Below the pieces are notes generated by a model. That model saw only the letters and a list, made by a program, of their open reading frames with translations. It did not search any database and was not told the origin of the DNA. This document shows, piece after piece, positions 9,207-18,912 of a stretch of DNA of 43,298 nt (the stretch's first letter is position 1; every line of letters begins with the position of its first letter). The position numbers and the translations under genes are program-made. Origin of the DNA: an uncultured Methanosarcinales archaeon (GTDB lineage: Archaea > Nanobdellota > Nanobdellia > Woesearchaeales > BS150m-G63); NCBI GenBank assembly GCA_964630685.1, contig CAZVVW010000008.1, positions 1 through 43,298 of the forward strand, given 5' to 3'.

Positions 9207-9776
9207 ATGGCTGTATTAGATGTAGCATTATTAGAACATTTTGTAATTATTTTCCCTTTTTTATTGATTTGGGTAATTGTATTTGGAATTTTAAGTGCTA
9301 CAAAATCTTTTGGAGACAATAAAGGAATACATGCTATAATAGGCCTAGCATTGGCTTTTCTTTTTATTTTATCAAAGGATGCAGTAGCTGCACTTAATTT
9401 TGCTTCTCCTTGGTTTGTATTGCTTTTTATGTTTATTATTTTTACAATAATGGCTTTCAAAGCATTTGGGGCTTCAGATTCAGATGTTATAGGGGTATTG
9501 AGGAATAAAGAATTTAAATATATTGCTACGTGGATAGGAATAATTTCAGTAGTCATAATGATTGCTGCTTTATCTAATGTGCATGGTCAGAGATTACTTG
9601 AAGAAGGTGAGGTTGGCGAAGACGGAAAAGTGGTAAGCACTGGAGAGGGAAGCGTTGCTTCTGGAGATTTTGAAGAGAATGTGTGGAATACAATTTTTCA
9701 TCCAAAAGTGCTCGGACTAATATTAATATTACTTATAGCTAGTTTCACTATAAAATATATGACTCAATCTTCTTAG
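9207..9776 (+). CDS. Multi-pass membrane protein, paralog 3 of 3
   Basis: IFPFLLIWVIVFGILSATKSFG..KGIHAI; same length and hydrophobic pattern. Confidence 0.85.
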   Translation: MAVLDVALLEHFVIIFPFLLIWVIVFGILSATKSFGDNKGIHAIIGLALAFLFILSKDAVAALNFASPWFVLLFMFIIFTIMAFKAFGASDSDVIGVLRNKEFKYIATWIGIISVVIMIAALSNVHGQRLLEEGEVGEDGKVVSTGEGSVASGDFEENVWNTIFHPKVLGLILILLIASFTIKYMTQSS

Positions 9777-9803
9777 AATTTAATTTATTTAAAATTAGTT
9801 AAA

Positions 9804-10472
9804 TTATTCTTTTACTTTTGATTTAGAAGGGGATAATTTTTTAGTTATTCTAGAAAGTTCATTTATATTTTCAGTAAATGTAGGTAATATTTTTTCAAAT
9901 ACATGATTCATTGCTTTAATTTCAGAACCAACATCTGTAAGGTTTTTATCATATTCATCTATTTTACTTATAATTGCTTTATGGAGTTTGTCAAAATCTT
10001 CTTTTAAATCTTTAACTTGACCTTCAACTGTTGTGATCTTACTGTCCATTTCGTCTTTCCATTCAACGATTTTATTAATATCTTTTACTAGAACACTCCA
10101 TTTTTCGTCAATGATTGCTTCAGCTATTTCTTCTATCCTTTCTGTTCCACTGCCGATTCCCCCTCCATATTCTTGGGGTGGTGCTCGAGCATATTCTTGT
10201 GCAGGCGGTGCATCCATTGGTGCTCCTGGTGGTGGTGGAGGCATGCCTCCTGCTTCTGGAGCTGCAGGTGCTGGAGCATTTTCAACTCCTCCCTTAATAT
10301 CTGCTTGACTCATTGCATTAAATATCTGGTCAGAGGCGAAACCATCTTTTTGTAAGGCTTGGATAATTTGATTATCTGTTAATCCTTGCCCCCTTAGGTT
10401 CATCACTTGATCAGTTGGTGTTCCTTCAGTAGGAGAAGCAGTCGTTTCTTCACTTTTTTTAAATAATCCCAT
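9804..10472 (-). CDS. Hypothetical protein: small helical N-domain, Pro-rich linker, coiled coil
   Basis: MGLFKK start, LRGQGLTDNQIIQALQKDGF, PPPPPGAP linker, heptad C-terminal half; GGGGAG Shine-Dalgarno before ATG. Confidence 0.85.
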   Translation of the reverse strand: MGLFKKSEETTASPTEGTPTDQVMNLRGQGLTDNQIIQALQKDGFASDQIFNAMSQADIKGGVENAPAPAAPEAGGMPPPPPGAPMDAPPAQEYARAPPQEYGGGIGSGTERIEEIAEAIIDEKWSVLVKDINKIVEWKDEMDSKITTVEGQVKDLKEDFDKLHKAIISKIDEYDKNLTDVGSEIKAMNHVFEKILPTFTENINELSRITKKLSPSKSKVKE

Positions 10473-10543
10473 TTCTCCCCTTTTTAGGTCTATTATATTT
10501 TGACAGTTATAAACTATAAAAAACTTTCGCTATATTACAATAA

Positions 10544-10972
10544 TTATTTTTCTTCTATGATATCTCTTACTATTTTTTCAACTTGGTCATGAGTTGTAAA
10601 TTTAATTGGTTCCCACAAATTAACGTATTTTTGAAGGGTTTTTACATCATCTTTTTTGGCAAAAATTTGTAATTCTTTTGCAACTTGACCTATTTTTCCA
10701 TTTATTTCGTTAATATCTCTTCTTACTTCTTTTATATCTTCATTTATTGTTTTTATCTCTACATCTATTCTTTTGTGAGATTTTAACATATTTTGGTCTG
10801 TCAATTGTGTTTTTTTTCTTAAATTAGAATAATTTTCTTCAGCAATTCTTAAACGCCTACTTACATCATTTATTTGATTAATTAAATTAAGGTCTATTGA
10901 AGGCGCAATTGGTGATTTAGAAGATCCTCCAAATAATCCTTTTTTTTCTGGTGCAGGTTCTTGTACAGGCAT
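10544..10972 (-). CDS. Hypothetical coiled-coil protein
   Basis: 142-aa ORF with KKGLFG motif and continuous heptads, divergent from the pilus ATPase. Confidence 0.8.
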   Translation of the reverse strand: MPVQEPAPEKKGLFGGSSKSPIAPSIDLNLINQINDVSRRLRIAEENYSNLRKKTQLTDQNMLKSHKRIDVEIKTINEDIKEVRRDINEINGKIGQVAKELQIFAKKDDVKTLQKYVNLWEPIKFTTHDQVEKIVRDIIEEK

Positions 10973-11072
10973 TATTCTATTCCTCTTTTGATATTTTGCT
11001 CATTTAACAATTTTTGAATAACAGTAAAATAATAATATTTAAATAGGTATATATATTTTACTAAAATGGTAC

Positions 11073-13373
11073 ATGGTAGAGGAAAAAAGAGGGGCCCCTG
11101 AAGGGGCAAAAGAAGAGGATTACGAAATCTTAAGAGAGGGTGCTGAAGTAACTTTAAGTATTAATGCTGAAGATGCTAGTTATGTTCCTTCTATTGAAGA
11201 TAGTTCTATTTGTATGGCTAGCACTATTGAGAAGTTAGCTGCAGCTAAAAATGTAACAAGAATAGTTTTCTATCAAAAAAGAGAATTTGAGTATGATTAT
11301 GACCAGACTCAAATATTAGTCGAGATAGCTAAAGTTTACACTAAATTAAGTAAAGAGAAAGATATGTTTACTATGCAGGCTATTGCTGATCCTAGTTGTG
11401 GTAAATGTTCTACTAGATGGTATAATCAACTTAGAATGGTTATATTTAATTTATTGAAAAGTGACCCTATTGGGGCTTATGTTGAGCTTGGAAGGATGAT
11501 TAGGCATGAGAATATTAAATTATTCAATCTTACCGATAAAAGATGCGTTACTTGTGAAAAAAAATATGTTTCTATTTTAGATTATGTCCAAGGATTAATT
11601 GGAAAAACAAGATTGATTGCAATTGCTAAACCATATATTGCAGGCTATAAAATTAGTGATAGAGAAGTATATAGAAGAATATTTACCCCAACAATAAAAC
11701 CAGATTTTATGTTTACAAAATTAATGGCTAATTATCCTGAAAATGCAGAAGAACTTGCTAATTATAGTGTTGGATCTACAGAAATTGTAGTGTTTAAACT
11801 TCCTGGAAGCGTTGAGTATATGTATCATATGACTCCTCCAGAGTTTAAGTTGACCGAAGAAAAATATCAGATTTTAGATATGGCTAGAGGTATTATGGCA
11901 GAACATAAACCAACAAAAGCCGAGTTTGTTGATCCAGAAAGAATGAGGCAAATATTTTACAATGTTGGTTCAGATCTTATTCAAGAATTAATTGAATATA
12001 GGGGAATTAAATTAAAAGAAAAAGATATAGAAGAATTAACTAGCATTTTGGTTAGATATACTATTGGTTTTGGACTTATAGAAGTTTTAATGGAAGATGA
12101 AGAAATTCAAGATGTCAGCATTAATAGTCCTCTTGGTCAGATTCCAATTTATATTGTACATGGAGAATTTGGTGATTGTACAACTAATATTCTTCCAACT
12201 AAAAAAGAAGCAGAGAGTTGGGCTTCTAAATTAAGGATGATTTCTGGTCGTCCATTAGATGAAGCTAATCCTTTGCTCGATACTGAAATAACATTACCTA
12301 GTGCAACAGCAAGAGTTTCTGCCACAACAGCACCATTAACTCCAACTGGTTTAGCATTTTCATATAGGAGGCACAGGGATAAACCATGGACTTTATCTTT
12401 GTTTGTTAAATATAAAATGATTACTCCTTTAGCTGCCGGTTTAATTAGTTTTTTAGTTGATGGTACTAGAACTATGCTTATTGCTGGAACAAGGAGTTCA
12501 GGTAAAAGTAGTTTGTTGGGGAGTATTTTAATTGAAATTATGAGACGTTATAGGGTTATAACTATTGAAGATACTTTTGAACTTCCAACAATTTCTATGA
12601 GGAAGATGGGATATAATATTCAACCACTAAAAGTTGCAAGTGCATTGGCTAAGGGTAGTGGAGAAGTTAGTGCAACTGATGGTATTAGAGCAACATTGCG
12701 TTTAGGTGATTCTGCTTTAATTGTGGGGGAAGTTAGAAGTAAAGAAGCAATTGCTCTTTTTGAAGCTATGAGGGCTGGTGGTGCGGCTAATGTAGTTGCA
12801 GGAACAACACACGCAGATTCTCCTTATGGTGTTTATGATAGGATGGTTAATGACATTGGAGTGCCCAAAACTAGTTTTAAGGCAACAGATATAATTATTG
12901 TTGCTAACCCTGTAAAAAGTGCTGATGGGATTCATAAATTTAGAAGAGTAACTGAAATATGCGAAGTAACTAAAACTTGGGAAGAAGACCCTTTAGTAGA
13001 GGGTGGGTTTATTACTTTAATGAAATATAATGTCAAAAATGATCAATTGGAACCAACACCTGAACTAATTAATGGTGACTCTGAAATATTAAAAGCCATA
13101 GCTGGAAATATAAAAGAATTAGCAGGAGATTGGAGTGGTGTTTGGGAGAATATTGAATTAAGGGGCAAGATTAAAGAAGAAGTTGTTAAAGCTGCAGAGG
13201 AAGAAAAAGATGAAGATATGCTTGAGGCTCCATTTATGATACAATCAAATGATCAATTTCATCTAGCTTCCGAAAAAGTACAACAAGAAATTGGTAAATT
13301 AGATTCCAAAAAGATATTCTTTGAATGGAAAGAGTGGCTTAGAAAAGAGATAAAAAGAAGGAAAATAAGGTAA
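11073..13373 (+). CDS. Type II/IV secretion (VirB11/FlaI/TadA-like) ATPase with extended N-terminus
   Basis: GFGLIEVLMEDEEIQDVSIN, SGRPLDEANPLLD, Walker A GTRSSGKS, TIEDTFEL, ATLRLGDSALIVGEVR, GTTHADS. Confidence 0.92.
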   Translation: MVEEKRGAPEGAKEEDYEILREGAEVTLSINAEDASYVPSIEDSSICMASTIEKLAAAKNVTRIVFYQKREFEYDYDQTQILVEIAKVYTKLSKEKDMFTMQAIADPSCGKCSTRWYNQLRMVIFNLLKSDPIGAYVELGRMIRHENIKLFNLTDKRCVTCEKKYVSILDYVQGLIGKTRLIAIAKPYIAGYKISDREVYRRIFTPTIKPDFMFTKLMANYPENAEELANYSVGSTEIVVFKLPGSVEYMYHMTPPEFKLTEEKYQILDMARGIMAEHKPTKAEFVDPERMRQIFYNVGSDLIQELIEYRGIKLKEKDIEELTSILVRYTIGFGLIEVLMEDEEIQDVSINSPLGQIPIYIVHGEFGDCTTNILPTKKEAESWASKLRMISGRPLDEANPLLDTEITLPSATARVSATTAPLTPTGLAFSYRRHRDKPWTLSLFVKYKMITPLAAGLISFLVDGTRTMLIAGTRSSGKSSLLGSILIEIMRRYRVITIEDTFELPTISMRKMGYNIQPLKVASALAKGSGEVSATDGIRATLRLGDSALIVGEVRSKEAIALFEAMRAGGAANVVAGTTHADSPYGVYDRMVNDIGVPKTSFKATDIIIVANPVKSADGIHKFRRVTEICEVTKTWEEDPLVEGGFITLMKYNVKNDQLEPTPELINGDSEILKAIAGNIKELAGDWSGVWENIELRGKIKEEVVKAAEEEKDEDMLEAPFMIQSNDQFHLASEKVQQEIGKLDSKKIFFEWKEWLRKEIKRRKIR

Positions 13374-13378
13374 GATAA

Positions 13379-15571
13379 ATGCCTATTAGAAAAAAAGATG
13401 CTGAATTTTTAAAAAAGTATCAAAGGAGAATTGAATCTGAATTAACTGGTAAAGCAGTTAAAGAAGGACCTATACAATCTACAGAGTACCATCAATTTAG
13501 AAAAGAGTTAGTTCCTCCACATTTTAGTTGGTATGAAAAAGCATGTAATTATAGTGAAGGAATATTTAAAATTCCTCCACCCACTGAAAAAGTCAAAGAA
13601 TTTGAAAAAGCAATAACTTCTTGTCATTTACAAATGACTCCTACTGGTGCAATGAGTTTTTCTGTTTTGGGTCCACTTGCAATTATATTGGCAGGTTCTT
13701 TGATAAGTTTTATTTTAATACAAGATACTTTTTTTATTATATTTTTCTTATTTTTCGGATTAGCAATGATGAGTGCTTTACAAAAAGCTCCAACTTTCAT
13801 GGCTAATGCTTGGCGTATGAAAGCAAGTAACCAGATGGTGCTTTGTGTTTTTTATATTGTTACATATATGAGGCACACTTCTAATTTAGAAAATGCTATT
13901 GATTTTGCTGCAGAACATTTAGGTCCTCCATTATCTCTTGATTTGAAAAAAGTGCTTTGGAATGTTGAAACAGAAAAATATGAAAATATAAAAGAGTCTT
14001 TAGAAAATTATTTGAGTTCTTGGAGAGAACATAACAGAGAGTTTGTAGAAGGGATGCATTTGATTATGTCTTCTTTGTATGAGGGAGAAGAGTCAAGAAG
14101 GTTAAATACTTTAGATAAATCTTTGACAGTTATTCTTGAAGAAACTTACGAAAAAATGCTTCATTATGCACATAATCTTAAGGGGCCCATTACTATGCTC
14201 CACATGATGGGGGTTATCTTACCAATTTTAGGATTAGTTATATTGCCTTTAGTTGTTAGTTTTTCAGAAGGTGTTAATTGGTATCATATTTCTTTATTGT
14301 ATAATGTTGCTTTACCTGTTGGAGTATTTTATCTTGGGAAAAAGATATTATCTACACGTCCGAGTGGTTATGGGGATACAGATATAGCTGAACAACATCC
14401 AGAATTAAAAAAATATAGAAATGTAAATATTAATCTTGGTTTTGCTAAATATTCTGTAAATCCAATTATGTTTAGTATTTTGGTTGGGGCCTTACTTATT
14501 ATGATTGGACTTTCTCCTACAATGATCTATGTTGCAGGTGGATCAAATATGACGTTGGATTTTTGTATGGGTGATAGGGGTGGAATTGTTAGGGGTTCGG
14601 ATATGGAAGCGGGTTCTGTAAAGGGTATATGTTTATTGGATTATAAAAAAACAAGTGGGGGAGATATTCGTGGACCTTATGGTATGGGGGCTTCTTTACT
14701 TAGTGTGTTTATTCCTTTGGGAGTTGGACTTGCGATTGCGATTTATTATAAAAGAAGATCAAGTAAACTTATTGTTATAAGAAATAAATCTAAAAAATTG
14801 GAAAAAGAGTTTGCTTCTGCTTTGTTTCAATTAGGTGGTAGGCTGGGTGATGGTATTCCTACTGAAATGGCTTTTGGAAATGTTGCAGAATCTATGGAAG
14901 GAACAACTTCAGGTGATTTTTTTAGGGCTGTAGATACCAATATTAAAAGACTTGGAATGGGTGTTGAAAGTGCTATTTTTGATTCTAGGCATGGAGCATT
15001 AAGAAATTTTCCTTCACATATAATTGAAAGTTCAATGAAAGTGCTTATAGAAAGTGCTAAAAAAGGGCCTAAAATTGCTTCACAAGCATTATCCAATGTT
15101 GCTAGATATATAAAAGAACTCCACAGGGTTGATGAAAGACTTAAAGATTTGATGGGTGATGTTGTTGGTTCTATGAAATCTCAAGTTAAATTTTTAACCC
15201 CTGTTATTTCAGGGATTGTTGTTGGAATTACTTCCATGATTACTGGAATTTTGGGGAGGTTACAAGGGCATATAGGTAATATGGCTAGTGAATCTGGAGG
15301 GGGGATGGCTAGTGGGGGAGTTATGGATATGTTTGGGGTGGGAATCCCAACTTATTATTTTCAAGTTGTTGTTGGAATATATGTTGTTCAATTAGGGATT
15401 ATTTTGATTATTTTATCTAATGGTATTGAAAATGGGGTAGATAAATTAAATGCAGAATATAGGATTGGAAATGATTTAACTAGGAGTATAATTCTTTATT
15501 GTCTTATTTCTTTTGTGATTATGATGATATTTAATTTGATAGCTAATACTATTATGAGTAGTACTTTGTGA
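13379..15571 (+). CDS. FlaJ/TadB-TadC-like (T2SS F) membrane platform protein
   Basis: 5 nt after the ATPase; two soluble domains (YMRHTSNLENAI..LGPPLSLDL; EKEFASALFQLGGRLGDGIPTE) each followed by TM blocks. Confidence 0.8.
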   Translation: MPIRKKDAEFLKKYQRRIESELTGKAVKEGPIQSTEYHQFRKELVPPHFSWYEKACNYSEGIFKIPPPTEKVKEFEKAITSCHLQMTPTGAMSFSVLGPLAIILAGSLISFILIQDTFFIIFFLFFGLAMMSALQKAPTFMANAWRMKASNQMVLCVFYIVTYMRHTSNLENAIDFAAEHLGPPLSLDLKKVLWNVETEKYENIKESLENYLSSWREHNREFVEGMHLIMSSLYEGEESRRLNTLDKSLTVILEETYEKMLHYAHNLKGPITMLHMMGVILPILGLVILPLVVSFSEGVNWYHISLLYNVALPVGVFYLGKKILSTRPSGYGDTDIAEQHPELKKYRNVNINLGFAKYSVNPIMFSILVGALLIMIGLSPTMIYVAGGSNMTLDFCMGDRGGIVRGSDMEAGSVKGICLLDYKKTSGGDIRGPYGMGASLLSVFIPLGVGLAIAIYYKRRSSKLIVIRNKSKKLEKEFASALFQLGGRLGDGIPTEMAFGNVAESMEGTTSGDFFRAVDTNIKRLGMGVESAIFDSRHGALRNFPSHIIESSMKVLIESAKKGPKIASQALSNVARYIKELHRVDERLKDLMGDVVGSMKSQVKFLTPVISGIVVGITSMITGILGRLQGHIGNMASESGGGMASGGVMDMFGVGIPTYYFQVVVGIYVVQLGIILIILSNGIENGVDKLNAEYRIGNDLTRSIILYCLISFVIMMIFNLIANTIMSSTL

Positions 15572-15572
15572 T

Positions 15573-15693
15573 TACAGTTTCGGCTGTACTGTCAGAGTTT
15601 AGAAAAGTCTGAAAGAGTTAAGAGTAAACTTTTAACCGCTACAGAGATTAGTGAGGGATTTTACTTTGTTCAATTCCACTCATAGTAATTTCT
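15573..15693 (+). other. Cluster of four predicted hairpins (candidate structured RNA or 3' UTR)
   Basis: TACAGT-TTCG-GCTGTA; TCAGA..TCTGA; GTTAAGAG-TAAA-CTTTTAAC; long interrupted stem 15643-15693. Folded by eye. Confidence 0.4.
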
Positions 15694-15726
15694 TTAATTG
15701 ATTACTTAAATTAAAAAGAAAAAAGG

Positions 15727-15800
15727 TGGGAACACCGGGATTTGAACCCGGGACTTCTACGTCTTCAGCGTAGCGCTCTCCCAGACTGAGCTATGTTCCC
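15727..15800 (-). tRNA. tRNA-Phe(GAA), intronless
   Basis: GGGAACATAGCTCAGTCTGGGAGAGCG-CTACG-CTGAAGA-CGTAG-AAGTC-CCGGG-TTCAAAT-CCCGG-TGTTCCC-A, followed by CC and a T-tract. Confidence 0.97.
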
Positions 15801-15831
15801 AATAATATAAAAATATAAAAAATAAGGGAAG

Positions 15832-16287
15832 TTATTCTGATTTCTCTTCTTCAGTTGATTCTTCAAGTTCTTCTTCAACAGGTTCTTCAATCACTTCTTC
15901 TTCAACAGGTTCTTCTGTTGGAGTTTCTGTTGCTGGTTCTTCTGGTGTAGGTTCTTCTTCAGTTGAGGGTGCTTCTGCAGTTTCTGCTGGTGCTTCCTCA
16001 CCTTCAAGAACGTCTAAACTTCCGAATTTTCCAGTGCTTAATTGAAGTTCACTTTGCCATTCGCCAACATATCCATTTTTGATATGTATTCTATTGCCTA
16101 ATTTTACTTGATCAATCTGTTCATTCCATAAAGTTAACTTTATCTGTCCAGACTCATCTGCAATTGTTGCGTTAGCTACTTTTCCTGTTTTTCCAAACTT
16201 TTCGAATTCTCTTGGTTCAGAGATATCTTTTACTGTGGCAACTATTTCTACATTGCCTTGTCTTGCTTGTAAATCTTTGATTTCCAT
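15832..16287 (-). CDS. ssb: Single-OB-fold ssDNA-binding protein (SSB/RPA) with acidic tail
   Basis: IKDL...REFEKFGKTGKVANATIADESGQIKLTLWNEQ...NGYVGEWQSELQLSTGKFG; E/P/T-rich C-terminus. Confidence 0.9.
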   Translation of the reverse strand: MEIKDLQARQGNVEIVATVKDISEPREFEKFGKTGKVANATIADESGQIKLTLWNEQIDQVKLGNRIHIKNGYVGEWQSELQLSTGKFGSLDVLEGEEAPAETAEAPSTEEEPTPEEPATETPTEEPVEEEVIEEPVEEELEESTEEEKSE

Positions 16288-16323
16288 TTTTTTAGAAAAG
16301 ATTAAGTCTGTTTATAAATTTTA

Positions 16324-17859
16324 CTACTTATTTATTATTTTACCTAAATTTTCTAGTTTTTCTCCTTTTAGAAAATTTCCAAGAATTTCGCTTAATTTGG
16401 TTGTTTTTACTCTTATTTGATGTGTTGTATCTCTTTCTCTTAGTGTAACTGTGTTATCTTCTAATCCATCGAAATCAATTGTGATGCAGATAGGAGTTCC
16501 CACTTCATCTTGCCTTGCATATCGTCTACCTATAGAACCCGATTTATCATAGAAAACAGAGTAATCTTGTTTTAGTTCTTCTAAAATTTCTTTTGCTTTT
16601 TTAGTAATTTCTGGTTTTTTTACTAAAGGAAATATTGCTATTTTTGTAGGACTTAAACTTGGATGTAATTTTAATACAACATTATCTCTTTTTTCTGTTT
16701 TATGAGTGTATGCATCAAATAAGAAAGCAAGCATTGCTCTTTCTATTCCTTGAGAAGGTTCTGCAGCGACATAAGGAATTATTTTGTTGTTAGTATGAGG
16801 GTCAAATATTGAAAGATCTTTTTTTGAGTGGTTCATGTGTTGTTTTAAATCAAATTGTGACCTATTTGCATTACCATGAATCTCTTTCCAACCAAAAGGA
16901 AATTTGTATTCTATGTCAAAACAAGCATTTGCATAATGTGCTAATTCTTCTTTTAAGTGTTCTCTGATCCTAAGATGTTTTGGATTAATTCCATGTTTTA
17001 AGAACCATTTGTAGAATAATGCAATCCAATAAGCTTGCCATTTTTCTTTCATTATATTTTTTTCAACTAATTGTTTAATACTGTAGGTTTCATGTTTTCC
17101 TTCTTTTTTTTGTGCTTTTGCTGTTAGTATGTTTACTTTTAGAGCTTGGATATCTTTAAATTGGGTGCAACTTTTAGCCACTCTTGGATTTATGAAATAT
17201 TCTATTTCAAATTGTTCAAATTCTCTTAATCTAAATAAGAAATCTCTTGGAGAAATTTCGTTTCGAAATGCCTTTCCTATTTGGGCAATACCAAAAGGGA
17301 GATTAAGTCTTGAATTTTCTTGTACTGCTTTGAAATTTGTGAATATTAGTTGAGCTGTTTCTGGTCGTAAGTAAGCTAAGTTTGAACCTTCTAAAGGTCC
17401 GATATTTGTTTTAAACATAAGATTAAATGAATTTGTTGTTTCTAGTTTTCCATCACATTTAGGGCAATTTATTTTGTGTTTTTTTATGATTGTGGAAACT
17501 TCTTCTAGGGAAATTCCATCTGCAGCTATGCCTAATTTATCTTCTATTAAAGCATCTCCCCTTACGATTTCTTTACATTTTTTACATTTTAGTGTGATAT
17601 CTACAAAGGAATCAACATGGCCTGATGCTTTCCAAACATTGGATTTTGCAAGAATTGCGCCATCTATCCCGACAACATCTTCTCTTGAGGTTACAAAAGC
17701 TTTCCAGAACTCATTTTTTATGTTGTTTTTTAATTCTACACCTAAAGGCCCATAATCAAAAAAACCAGAGAGTCCACCATATATTTCTGAATTTTGATAC
17801 ACAAATCCTTTTTTTCTACAAAAAGCTGCTAATTCCTCTATAGATATTTTTTTGTCCAT
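16324..17859 (-). CDS. glyS: Glycine--tRNA ligase (alpha2 type)
   Basis: EIYGG..GFFDYGPLG, VWKASGH, LRPETAQ, QIGKAFRNEISPR, ELAHYA, GSIGRRYARQDEVGTP. Confidence 0.97.
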   Translation of the reverse strand: MDKKISIEELAAFCRKKGFVYQNSEIYGGLSGFFDYGPLGVELKNNIKNEFWKAFVTSREDVVGIDGAILAKSNVWKASGHVDSFVDITLKCKKCKEIVRGDALIEDKLGIAADGISLEEVSTIIKKHKINCPKCDGKLETTNSFNLMFKTNIGPLEGSNLAYLRPETAQLIFTNFKAVQENSRLNLPFGIAQIGKAFRNEISPRDFLFRLREFEQFEIEYFINPRVAKSCTQFKDIQALKVNILTAKAQKKEGKHETYSIKQLVEKNIMKEKWQAYWIALFYKWFLKHGINPKHLRIREHLKEELAHYANACFDIEYKFPFGWKEIHGNANRSQFDLKQHMNHSKKDLSIFDPHTNNKIIPYVAAEPSQGIERAMLAFLFDAYTHKTEKRDNVVLKLHPSLSPTKIAIFPLVKKPEITKKAKEILEELKQDYSVFYDKSGSIGRRYARQDEVGTPICITIDFDGLEDNTVTLRERDTTHQIRVKTTKLSEILGNFLKGEKLENLGKIINK

Positions 17860-17985
17860 TAAAATTTAGAAGTCGGAGGGATTTAAATAGTTATCGTTGA
17901 GAAAAAGTCAAAAAGATAAATATAAATACTATTTCTCTTTTTTAAACGATATTAAGTTTAATTTATTATAAAATGAGGTGATTTT

Positions 17986-18888
17986 ATGAAAAAATTAATT
18001 TATTTGTTTACTATTTTGGTTATTATATTTTTTCTTAGTACATCTTTAGTTATGGCTTTTAGCTGGAGAGATGTGTTTACTAGGGAGACAGAACGTATGG
18101 GTTCTAATCAAGAAGAGGATGCAGGAAGAGGAGATGCAGGAAGAGGAGAAACAGAGGAAGAAATTGAAGAAGAAAATGAAGATTTAACTGTATCTTTATA
18201 TTCTTATTCTTGTAATATTGGCGGAGCAGTAAATTATGGTTTTGAAATGTACCCTTCAGAAGTTCAAGATGAAGATGATTATAAAATCTGTGTAGATGGA
18301 AATTGCGAATATTCTTGTTTTAAATTAACAGGTTTAAAAAGCAGGATTTTTTGTACAAGTTCAGAAGAATTGGGAAATTCGGCACAAGTTCAATTGTATC
18401 ATAACAATCAAGAAATATTTTCTGACACAAAACAAATACCTGAATGTGGAGTCTATGAAGAAGAAACAGGAATTGTTGAAGGTTTAGTGAGTAGTAGTTA
18501 TTATTTAGATGATATTCAAACGATTAAGTTTCAATTCGATAAAAATGGAAAATATGTTATAGATGTAAGATTAGATAATCTGAATGAAAATTATAAAAGT
18601 AATTCCATTCTTTATCCTGATTTAAGTGAGGGCGTTATTGAGCTCCAAGGTCCAAAAATTGTTATGGCGCAATTTGATAATTTTGAAGAAGCAAAATTTT
18701 TATATGAATCCATAAGAAGAGCTCTAGTAGATTTAAAAAATGGAGAAGAAATACCTTTAAGCAGTTCTACTTTTTTAAAAGTACTCAGCCATGATAATTG
18801 TGAATATACTAATTCATATACCTCTTGTCATATATTTATAAATGAAAATAGTGTAGATATAATTAGGTTAGTTGAAGGAATTAAATAG
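17986..18888 (+). CDS. Hypothetical secreted acidic protein
   Basis: Signal peptide MKKLIYLFTILVIIFFLSTSLVMA; GAGGTGA Shine-Dalgarno; several Cys; 15-bp tandem repeat at 18118-18147. Confidence 0.75.
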   Translation: MKKLIYLFTILVIIFFLSTSLVMAFSWRDVFTRETERMGSNQEEDAGRGDAGRGETEEEIEEENEDLTVSLYSYSCNIGGAVNYGFEMYPSEVQDEDDYKICVDGNCEYSCFKLTGLKSRIFCTSSEELGNSAQVQLYHNNQEIFSDTKQIPECGVYEEETGIVEGLVSSSYYLDDIQTIKFQFDKNGKYVIDVRLDNLNENYKSNSILYPDLSEGVIELQGPKIVMAQFDNFEEAKFLYESIRRALVDLKNGEEIPLSSSTFLKVLSHDNCEYTNSYTSCHIFINENSVDIIRLVEGIK

Positions 18889-18912
18889 ATTTTTATTTAA
18901 TTTTTTTCTTTT

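Noticed and set aside
9014..9556. 180-aa minus-strand ORF, and similar shadows such as 8..343, 10033..10308 and 21000..21332
   Set aside because: They overlap better-supported genes on the opposite strand and show no recognisable motifs.
11073..15571. Calling this an archaellum (flaI/flaJ) operon
   Set aside because: No archaellins, FlaH, FlaF or FlaG are visible, so only a family-level call is supported.
15584..15645. Hammerhead ribozyme (GTC...CTGAAAGA)
   Set aside because: The core does not match CUGANGA, stem I is poor, and GAAA is missing after stem II.
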